NCBI GenBank assembly: GCA_028868735.1
Contig: JAGWTW010000003.1
Location: 31,749-95,748, forward strand
DNA: 64,000 nucleotides
Origin: Hyphomicrobiales bacterium
GTDB lineage: Bacteria > Pseudomonadota > Alphaproteobacteria > Rhizobiales > Beijerinckiaceae
Direction: 5' to 3'
Position numbers and translations under genes: made by a program. Shown here piece after piece: positions 8,741 through 15,753 of the stretch; position 1 is the first letter of the stretch; every line of letters starts with the position of its first letter. Below the pieces are notes generated by a model, which was given only the letters and a program-made list of their open reading frames with translations, was not told the origin of the DNA and did not search any database.

Positions 8741-8766
8741 TGATCCGGACGGCTGCGCGGGGCGTA
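8741..8766 (+). promoter_or_regulatory. Putative sigma-E (ECF, ChrR-type) promoter of the FAD oxidoreductase/DUF1365 operon
   Basis: The plus strand reads TGATCC (8741-8746), then 16 nt, then CGTA (8763-8766). It sits about 27 nt upstream of the proposed TTG start. Confidence 0.6.
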
Positions 8767-8792
8767 CCAAGTCCGTCGCAGGAGATCCGCGC

Positions 8793-10142
8793 TTGACCAG
8801 ACCTTCCTCCGGGCGGCCCCTCAGGGTCGCCGTCGTCGGCGCCGGGATTTCCGGGCTTTCCGCGGCCTGGCTGCTGTCGCAGACCTGCGACGTGACATTG
8901 TATGAGGCGCAGGACCGCCTCGGCGGACATTCCGACACGTTCGACTGGGACGGCGCGCCGGTCGATTGCGGCTTCATCGTCTACAACGAGCGCACCTATC
9001 CTAACCTGACGGCGCTGTTCGCGCGGCTCGGCGTCGCGACGCGCAAGAGCGACATGTCGTTCTCCGTTTCGATCGACCGCGGGCGGCTCGAATATTCCGG
9101 CGGCGGTCCGCGAGGGCTGATCGCGCAACCCTCGAATCTTGTGCGCGCGCGTTACTGGTCGATGCTGAAAGACCTCGTGCGCTTCTTTCGAGCGGCGCGG
9201 CGCGACGTCGGCCGCGCGGGGCTCGGCACGCTCGACGAATATCTCGACGCCGGCGGCTACGGACGCGCGTTCCGCGACGATTATCTTTATCCAATGGCGG
9301 CAGCGATATGGTCGACGCCCGCGCTCGACGTCGGCGCCTATCCGGCCGAGAATTTCATTCGATTCAACCTCAATCACGGTCTGCTCGAATTGTTCGAGAA
9401 AAACAGGCCGATATGGCGGACGGTCGAGGGTGGTTCGCGCGCCTACGTCGCGCGTCTTGCGCAGGAGATTCGAGGCGCGGCGATTTGCGGTCGCCCTGTG
9501 CGGTCCGTGCGTCGCACAGCCGACGGCCTTGTGGTGACGGACGAGTCCGGCGCCGGGGCGCGCTTCGATCGGGTGGTCATGGCGACACACGCGGATCAGT
9601 CGCTGCGGCTGATCGAACAGCCGACGCGCGACGAAAAAGACCTGCTCGGCGCCTTCAGATATGTGACGAACGAAGCCGTGCTGCACACGGATCTTGCAGC
9701 CATGCCGCGGCGGCGCGCGGCCTGGTCGAGCTGGAACTATATGGCGGAGCGGTCCGACGAGGGCCGCCGGCTCTCGGTCACCTACTGGATGAACAGGCTG
9801 CAGGGCATTCAGGACCGCGCGCCCGTGTTCGTGTCACTCAACCCGATCGCCGGTATCGCGCCGTCGAAAATCTTGCGCTCGGTTTCCTACGAACACCCTC
9901 TGTTCAATGCGCAGACGCTCGCCGCGCAACAGAATCTCTGGTCGTTGCAGGGTGTCGGCGGCCTCTGGCATTGCGGCGCCTGGTTCGGTTACGGTTTTCA
10001 CGAAGACGGTCTGCAATCCGGACTTGCGGTCGCGGAGGAGATCGGCGGCGTGCAGCGGCCGTGGAGCACGCCCGACATGAACGATCGCCTGCCGGCGGAC
10101 CGACGCCGCCGCGCCGACGCCGTGCCTGCGCTGGTTGCGTGA
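8793..10142 (+). CDS. NAD/FAD-binding amine-oxidase-like oxidoreductase
   Basis: Within track ORF 8610..10142. The proposed TTG start at 8793 has GGAG 7 nt upstream. The dinucleotide fold is LRVAVVGAGISGLSAAWLL...YEAQDRLGGH. The start is uncertain because there is no in-frame ATG nearby. Confidence 0.8.
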   Translation: MTRPSSGRPLRVAVVGAGISGLSAAWLLSQTCDVTLYEAQDRLGGHSDTFDWDGAPVDCGFIVYNERTYPNLTALFARLGVATRKSDMSFSVSIDRGRLEYSGGGPRGLIAQPSNLVRARYWSMLKDLVRFFRAARRDVGRAGLGTLDEYLDAGGYGRAFRDDYLYPMAAAIWSTPALDVGAYPAENFIRFNLNHGLLELFEKNRPIWRTVEGGSRAYVARLAQEIRGAAICGRPVRSVRRTADGLVVTDESGAGARFDRVVMATHADQSLRLIEQPTRDEKDLLGAFRYVTNEAVLHTDLAAMPRRRAAWSSWNYMAERSDEGRRLSVTYWMNRLQGIQDRAPVFVSLNPIAGIAPSKILRSVSYEHPLFNAQTLAAQQNLWSLQGVGGLWHCGAWFGYGFHEDGLQSGLAVAEEIGGVQRPWSTPDMNDRLPADRRRRADAVPALVA

Positions 10143-10954
10143 TGATCGAGCCTGGCCTCTATAGCGGCGACGTGATGCACCGGCGTTTACGGCCGCGACG
10201 TCACGATTTCCGCTATTCTGCCTTCTGGCTCGCGATCGACCTCGACCGGCTCGAGGCGACCGCCGCGCGGTTGCGTCTTTTGTCCATCGGCCGCTTCAAT
10301 CTCTTTTCGTTTTTTGCGCGCGACCACGCCGACGGAGCAGACACCCCGCTCGCGACCAAGATTCGCGCGCTCGTCGCGCAGGCCGGGCTCGACGCGCGCG
10401 GGCCGCTGCATCTCTTCGCCATGCCGCGCGTGCTCGGCTACGTGTTCAACCCTCTCAGCATCTATTTTTGCAGTGACGTACAGGGCGCGCCGAGCGCGAT
10501 CGTCTGGGAAGTTTCGAGCACGTTCGGCGAACGGCATTCCTATGTGATCGCGATCGAAGACGCAGACGACGGCGTCGTTCGCCAGCATGCGCGCAAGCAG
10601 CTTCACGTTTCGCCGTTCATCGGCATGGACATCGACTATTCCTTCCGCGTGACGCGGAGAGGCGACGACCTCGTCATCGGCATTGTAGACCGCGATGCCG
10701 AAGGCGTCCTGATGTCTGCCGCACTCCATGCGCAACGCGAAGCACTCACCGATCGCGCGCTGCTCGCCGCTTTCGCGCGCATTCCCCTGGCTACGTTCAA
10801 GGTCGTCGCCGCGATCCACTGGGAAGCGCTGCGTCTGTGGCTGAAAGGCGCGCCATTCCGTCGCACGCCGGCCGGACCCGTCCGGCGGATCGGGGCGCAT
10901 TCGGCCGGCTTCTCAGGGAAATCAAAGCCCGACGACGCGCGGGAAGCTGCCTGA
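10142..10954 (+). CDS. DUF1365-family protein
   Basis: The ATG overlaps the upstream stop (TGATG). The sequence MIEPGLYSGDVMHRRLRPRRHDFRYSAFWLAIDLD...FNPLSIYFC is typical of DUF1365. Length is 270 aa. Confidence 0.8.
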   Translation: MIEPGLYSGDVMHRRLRPRRHDFRYSAFWLAIDLDRLEATAARLRLLSIGRFNLFSFFARDHADGADTPLATKIRALVAQAGLDARGPLHLFAMPRVLGYVFNPLSIYFCSDVQGAPSAIVWEVSSTFGERHSYVIAIEDADDGVVRQHARKQLHVSPFIGMDIDYSFRVTRRGDDLVIGIVDRDAEGVLMSAALHAQREALTDRALLAAFARIPLATFKVVAAIHWEALRLWLKGAPFRRTPAGPVRRIGAHSAGFSGKSKPDDAREAA

Positions 10955-10985
10955 ACAGGCTGGTTTTCCGCGCTTTTCCGACAAA

Positions 10986-11002
10986 ATTAGATTGATTCTA
11001 AA
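10986..11002. promoter_or_regulatory. ICE-like (Irr-type iron control element) inverted repeat
   Basis: ATTAGATTGATTCTAAA compared with the recalled ICE consensus TTTAGAA-N3-TTCTAAA matches 12 of the 14 specified positions. It lies 77 nt upstream of the rubrerythrin start. Confidence 0.5.
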
Positions 11003-11078
11003 CTGTGACGGCTTAGGATGCCGGCACGGCAATGCTCTAGCAATCAGGAGCGGCCACAGTCCTTAGCAGGAGGCGTAT

Positions 11079-11495
11079 TTGCAACTCAAGGGTTCCAAGA
11101 CCGAGCAGCATCTGAAGGATGCTTTCGCCGGCGAATCGCAGGCCAACCGCCGCTACCTCTACTTCGCCAACAAGGCCGACATCGAAGGCCATCCTGATAT
11201 CGCGACGCTGTTCCGCTCGACGGCGGAAGGCGAGACCGGCCATGCGCACGGCCATCTCGAATATCTGGAAGCCGCCGGCGATCCCGCCACGGGCCTGCCG
11301 ATCGGCGAGACGAAGTTGAACCTCGCCGCCGCAGTCGCGGGCGAGACCCACGAATATACCGACATGTATCCCGGCATGGCCAAGGACGCCCGCTCGGAAG
11401 GTTTCGACGAAATCGCCGACTGGTTCGAGACGCTCGCGAAGGCCGAGCGCTCGCACGCCAACCGCTACCAGAAGGCGCTGAACGAACTCGGCTGA
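11079..11495 (+). CDS. Rubrerythrin-family (ferritin-like di-iron) protein without a rubredoxin domain
   Basis: TTG start with an AGGAGG RBS. ExxH-type di-iron ligand regions are seen (GESQANRRY, EGETGHAHGH, AGETHEY, AKAERSHANRY). Length is 138 aa. Confidence 0.88.
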   Translation: MQLKGSKTEQHLKDAFAGESQANRRYLYFANKADIEGHPDIATLFRSTAEGETGHAHGHLEYLEAAGDPATGLPIGETKLNLAAAVAGETHEYTDMYPGMAKDARSEGFDEIADWFETLAKAERSHANRYQKALNELG

Positions 11496-11518
11496 TCGCC
11501 GCGACGGTCTGAAACGAC

Positions 11519-11547
11519 ATCGGCCGGCGCCCCATGCGCCGGCCGAT
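11519..11547 (+). promoter_or_regulatory. Perfect 12-bp intercistronic hairpin
   Basis: ATCGGCCGGCGC-cccat-GCGCCGGCCGAT lies between the rubrerythrin gene and the Fe-S protein gene. No U-tract follows. Confidence 0.5.
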
Positions 11548-11566
11548 CAATTTGAGGAAGTGGTCT

Positions 11567-12895
11567 GTGGCTGGTCCCCGCGAAGGCAATCTCGAGGCGC
11601 CGACGCGCCATCCCCTGGATTGGCAAAATCCGCAATTCTACGACGAAGACGCACTTTTCAAGGAAATGGAGCGTGTGTTCGACATTTGCCACGGCTGCCG
11701 CCGCTGCGTGAGTCTCTGTCAGTCCTTCCCCGTGCTGTTCGATCTCGTCGACGAATCCGAAACGATGGAAGTCGACGGCGTCGCAAAGGCCGACTACTGG
11801 AAGGTGGTCGACCAGTGTTATCTGTGCGACCTCTGCTACATGACGAAATGCCCATACGTGCCGCCGCACGAATGGAATCTGGACTTTCCCCATTTGATGC
11901 TGCGCGCGAAATCCCTTCGTCACCGCAAGGGCGAAACGAAGTTGCGCGACAAGGCGTTGACGGCGACCGATCTGATGGGGAAGACGCTCGCCAATCCGGT
12001 CGCCGCGCCGATCGTCAATGCGGCGAACAAGAACGCCACGCTGCGCCGCGCGCTCCAAAACGCCGCGGGTGTCAGCGCCGAGGCGTGGTTGCCGGAATTC
12101 ACTACGAAACCGCTGCGCAAGCGGTTGTCGGTATTGCCCACCGACACGGCGGGCGCGCCGGCCGGGCGAACGAAGGGCAAGGTCGCGTTGTTTGCGACCT
12201 GTTTCATGAATGCGAACGAGCCGGCGCCGGGCGAGGATTTGGTCGCGGTGTTCGAACACAACGGCATTCCCGTGACGCTCGCCCAGCAGGAGCAATGCTG
12301 CGGCATGCCGAAGCTCGAACTCGGCGATCTCGAGGCCGTGCGGCGCGCGAAGGAAGCCAATATTCCCGTGCTGGCGAAACTGGTCGACCAGGGCTGGGAT
12401 CTGACCGCGCTCGTGCCGTCCTGCGTGTTGATGTTCAAGCAGGAAATTCCGCTGATGTTCCCCGACGACGCCGACGTGCAGAAGGTGAAGGCGGCGTTCT
12501 TCGACCCGTTCGAATATCTGATGCTCAGGCACAAGGAAGGGTCGCTGAAGACCGATTTCAAGCATGGCCTCGGCAAGGTCGTCTATCATGCGGCCTGCCA
12601 TCAGCGCGTGCAGAATATCGGTCCGAAGACGAAGGAAGCGCTTTCGCTCATTCCCGACACCAGCGTCGACGTGATCGAGCGCTGCTCGGGCCATGACGGC
12701 ACCTATGCGGTGAAAGCAGAATTTCACGAATTCGCGATGAAGATCGTGAAGCCCGTGGTCGCGCGCGTGAACCAGGCCTCGCCGGATCACTACGGCTCAG
12801 ATTGCGCGATGGCCGGCCACCACATCGCGAAGGCGCGCGGCGTCGGCGCCGCGGAGCACCCAATCACGCTGATGCGCAAGGCGTATGGAGTATGA
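11567..12895 (+). CDS. HdrD/GlpC-like (Fe-S)-binding protein with CCG domains
   Basis: Two ferredoxin-type Cys clusters are present (CHGCRRCVSLCQSFP and CYLCDLCYMTKCPY), plus a CCG motif (EQCCGMPK). The GTG at 11567 has a GAGGAAG RBS and is preferred. The ATG at 11534 lies in the loop of the upstream hairpin. Confidence 0.85.
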   Translation: MAGPREGNLEAPTRHPLDWQNPQFYDEDALFKEMERVFDICHGCRRCVSLCQSFPVLFDLVDESETMEVDGVAKADYWKVVDQCYLCDLCYMTKCPYVPPHEWNLDFPHLMLRAKSLRHRKGETKLRDKALTATDLMGKTLANPVAAPIVNAANKNATLRRALQNAAGVSAEAWLPEFTTKPLRKRLSVLPTDTAGAPAGRTKGKVALFATCFMNANEPAPGEDLVAVFEHNGIPVTLAQQEQCCGMPKLELGDLEAVRRAKEANIPVLAKLVDQGWDLTALVPSCVLMFKQEIPLMFPDDADVQKVKAAFFDPFEYLMLRHKEGSLKTDFKHGLGKVVYHAACHQRVQNIGPKTKEALSLIPDTSVDVIERCSGHDGTYAVKAEFHEFAMKIVKPVVARVNQASPDHYGSDCAMAGHHIAKARGVGAAEHPITLMRKAYGV

Positions 12896-13473
12896 ACATG
12901 CTGACGCACGAAAATCTCTACACGCTCGAACAATATTCGCGGATGCGCAACGCATTTCGCGCGAAGGTGATGGCGCACAAGAAGCTGCGGCTGGTCCAGC
13001 TCGGCGATCATGCCTCGCTGCATTTCGAAGATCGCCTAACGATGCAGTACCAAGTGCAGGAAATGCTGCGGCTCGAGCGGATTTTCGAACACGAGCTGAT
13101 CCAGGAAGAACTCGACGTCTACAACCCGCTGATCCCGGACGGGCGTAACTGGAAGGCGACGTTCATGGTCGAATATCCCGACGTGGAGGAACGCCGGCAG
13201 GCGCTCGCGAAGCTCATCGGCATCGAGAAGGCGGTCTATGTCCAGGTTGCGGATTTCGCCCGAGTGACGCCGATCGCCAACGAGGACCTCGACCGCGAGA
13301 CGACCGACAAGACATCGGCGGTGCACTTCCTTCGCTTCGAGCTGACGCAGGATATGGCGGCGGCGGCGAAGCGGGGCGCAGCCATCCGCGCCGGGATCGA
13401 CCATGAGAACTACAAGGTCGAGACGACGCTTGCCGAACCGGTGCGCGCCTCGCTCGCCGGCGACCTCGCCTAG
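12892..13473 (+). CDS. DUF3501-family protein
   Basis: ATGA overlap with the upstream stop. MNMLTHENLYTLEQYSRMRNAFRAKVMAHKKLR...LRFEL is the usual third gene of rubrerythrin/HdrD-like clusters. Family assignment is from memory. Confidence 0.7.
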   Translation: MNMLTHENLYTLEQYSRMRNAFRAKVMAHKKLRLVQLGDHASLHFEDRLTMQYQVQEMLRLERIFEHELIQEELDVYNPLIPDGRNWKATFMVEYPDVEERRQALAKLIGIEKAVYVQVADFARVTPIANEDLDRETTDKTSAVHFLRFELTQDMAAAAKRGAAIRAGIDHENYKVETTLAEPVRASLAGDLA

Positions 13474-13832
13474 GCGGATTTGCGCGCGCGCTTCGGCGTC
13501 GCGTCGGGCGTGCAGAAAGCCGAATAGAGCGCGGTGAGGATGACGCGCACATTCTCGCTGGCGAGCGAGTAAAAGATCGTCTTGCCGTCGCGGCGCGTCG
13601 AGACGAGGCCTTCGAGCCGCAGGCGCGCGAGCTGTTGCGACACAGTGGACTGCCGTTCACCGAGAATTTCTTCCAGCTCGCCGACGGAACGTTCGCCCTC
13701 GGACAGGATGCACAGAAGTATCAGCCGCGATTCGTGCGAGAGCGCTTTCAGGAACTCACTCGCGTCGCGCGCCTTTTCGATCATGGCGTCGATGTCGTGG
13801 AGGTCTTGCTTCTTCGATGCCGGCGCGGCCAT
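13470..13832 (-). CDS. ArsR/SmtB-family transcriptional regulator
   Basis: Start at MAAPASKKQDL. The HTH region is FLKALSHESRLILLCILSEGERSVGELEEILGERQSTVSQQLARLRLEGLV. Length is 120 aa. Confidence 0.85.
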   Translation of the reverse strand: MAAPASKKQDLHDIDAMIEKARDASEFLKALSHESRLILLCILSEGERSVGELEEILGERQSTVSQQLARLRLEGLVSTRRDGKTIFYSLASENVRVILTALYSAFCTPDATPKRARKSA

Positions 13833-13910
13833 GTCTCGTGTCCGAATCACGAGCGCCGCCACGCGCCCGCTGGAGGTAGGCAACGCTTCGTATAAATAAA
13901 CTCCAATATA

Positions 13911-13930
13911 TTCACAAGTAATAATGTGAA
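13911..13930. promoter_or_regulatory. Putative operator (TTCACA-N8-TGTGAA) in an AT-rich promoter region
   Basis: A perfect 6-bp inverted repeat lies about 80 nt upstream of the second arsR-type gene, inside the only AT-rich stretch of that intergenic region. Confidence 0.4.
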
Positions 13931-13968
13931 ACACGCGCAGATGAGCGATAGCTCGGCATCCGACCAGG

Positions 13969-14445
13969 TCAGACGTCGTCGCGCGCCTGCTCGGCCCTGA
14001 GCGCGACCGTCGCGCGCTCGATCAGGCCGTCGACGCCCACGAACAGGGCTTCGCGAGCGGCCGCATCGAGCCCATTCAGCAGGGCTTCATTGGCTGAGCG
14101 GGCCGATTTCATGATTTCGGCGTGCGCCTTGCGACCGGTCTTTGTTAGTGAAAGTCGGCTTTCCCTGTTGTCGTCTGGGTTGGCGCGCCGTTCCACAAGG
14201 CCGCGCGCCACAAGCCCGCTGACGGTACGGCTGAGCCGGGTCTTGTCGAGCGCAAGACTCGCAGCGAGTTCGTTGAGCGAGCAGGGTGGCCGCGCGCCGA
14301 GTTCGGCGATCGCCCCCCATTCGCCGACGGATATGTCGAGCAGGCGTCGATAGCGCAGGCCGGCGGCGCGGCGCAGCAGATTGGAAAGAATGAGGATGCG
14401 GCGGGAGATGAGCGCATCCGCTTCGCGCGTGTCTGGTCTTGCCAT
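13969..14445 (-). CDS. MarR-family transcriptional regulator
   Basis: Start at MARPDTREADAL. The winged-HTH region is LNELAASLALDKTRLSRTVSGLVARGLVERRANPDDNRESRLSLT. Length is 158 aa. Confidence 0.85.
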   Translation of the reverse strand: MARPDTREADALISRRILILSNLLRRAAGLRYRRLLDISVGEWGAIAELGARPPCSLNELAASLALDKTRLSRTVSGLVARGLVERRANPDDNRESRLSLTKTGRKAHAEIMKSARSANEALLNGLDAAAREALFVGVDGLIERATVALRAEQARDDV

Positions 14446-14480
14446 GGCGTGAGCCGAACAGATCGCGCGCATTGACGCAA

Positions 14481-14499
14481 TAGTTGACAAGGGCAACTA
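14481..14499. promoter_or_regulatory. Putative MarR operator (TAGTTG-N7-CAACTA)
   Basis: A perfect 6-bp inverted repeat lies in the marR / Rieske oxygenase divergent region. Confidence 0.4.
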
Positions 14500-14554
14500 C
14501 AGTCATAAGCTCCCCGTGATCGTCGTTCGCCGCCTGAAGGGCGGGGAGGAAAGC

Positions 14555-15742
14555 ATGAACATCCATCGTCCGCGCGACGAGGGCACCGCCTATGAAATGC
14601 GCGCGCCCGCCATCAAATCGGAGCTGGTCGAAGTCACGCGCGGGACGCCGATGGGCGAGTTGCTGCGCCGCTACTGGCATCCCGTCGGGCTGACGGCGGA
14701 TGCTGGGGCGACGCCGAAAAAGGTGCGCGCGCTCGGCGAAGATCTCATTCTTTTCCGCGACGGCGCCGACAAGGCCGGCCTCGTGCACGCGCGCTGCTGC
14801 CATCGTGGCACGACGCTCTATTACGGCAAGGTAGAGGCGCGCGGCATACGCTGCTGCTATCACGGCTGGCTGTTCGACACGCAGGGCCATTGTCTCGAAC
14901 AGCCCTGCGAGCCGGAGGGCGGCCTGTTCAAGGAAGCTGTGCGCCAGCCATGGTATCCCGTCGAGGAACGCTACGGGATGATCTTCGCCTATATGGGCCC
15001 GCCCGACCGCAAGCCGATGCTGCCGCGCTACGAATGCCTGGAAAACATGGACGAGGGCGAATTCGTCGAAGCCGACGACACTTCGCTCGGCGGCGGCGGT
15101 CCGGCGATCATTCCCTGCAACTGGCTGCAGCACTACGAGAACGTCGTCGATCCGTTCCACGTGCCGATACTGCACGGCTCGTTCTCCGGCGCGCAATTCA
15201 CCATGGCGATGGCCTCGGTTCCGAACGTTCAGTTCGAGCGGTCGGAGCGCGGCGTAACCGTGCGTTCGACCCGCAAGATGGACGACGGCAAGACCTTCTA
15301 CCGCGTGACGGAAGCCGCGCTGCCGACGCTGCGCGTCGTCCCGAACCCGCGAGTCGCGCAATTCGCGCGCGTCGAATCGATCGGCTGGGTGCTGCCGATC
15401 GACGATACGTCGTTCCGCATCTATGTCGCCGGCCGCGTGAAGCAGCAGGGCGACATCGGCCGCATGCGTTCCAAGATGAACGGCAAGTTCTGGTGGGATC
15501 TGACCGAGGAAGAGCACCAGCGCTTTCCCGGCGATTATGAAGCGCAGGTCGGGCAGGGCGCCATCACCATCCATTCGGAGGAGCATTTCGCGCAATCCGA
15601 TCGCGGCGTCGTGCATATCAGGCGCATGCTTCAAGAACAGATCGAAGCCGTCGCCAGGGGTGAAAACCCGATCGGCGTCAGCTTTGACGAACATGCGCCG
15701 CCCGTGACGTTCGAAGCGGGCAATTACATTCGCGAAGCATAA
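14555..15742 (+). CDS. Rieske [2Fe-2S] non-haem-iron aromatic-ring-hydroxylating oxygenase, alpha-type subunit
   Basis: GGGAGGAAAGC RBS before the ATG at 14555. The Rieske motif is CCHRG...CCYHGW. The mononuclear-iron region is NVVDPFHVPILHG. Length is 395 aa. Confidence 0.88.
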   Translation: MNIHRPRDEGTAYEMRAPAIKSELVEVTRGTPMGELLRRYWHPVGLTADAGATPKKVRALGEDLILFRDGADKAGLVHARCCHRGTTLYYGKVEARGIRCCYHGWLFDTQGHCLEQPCEPEGGLFKEAVRQPWYPVEERYGMIFAYMGPPDRKPMLPRYECLENMDEGEFVEADDTSLGGGGPAIIPCNWLQHYENVVDPFHVPILHGSFSGAQFTMAMASVPNVQFERSERGVTVRSTRKMDDGKTFYRVTEAALPTLRVVPNPRVAQFARVESIGWVLPIDDTSFRIYVAGRVKQQGDIGRMRSKMNGKFWWDLTEEEHQRFPGDYEAQVGQGAITIHSEEHFAQSDRGVVHIRRMLQEQIEAVARGENPIGVSFDEHAPPVTFEAGNYIREA

Positions 15743-15753
15743 GTCGGTTCGCC

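Noticed and set aside
11534-11566. The ATG at 11534 as the start of the HdrD-like gene, as given by the ORF track.
   Set aside because: That ATG lies in the loop of the perfect 12-bp hairpin (11519-11547) and has no RBS. The GTG at 11567 has GAGGAAG at proper spacing.
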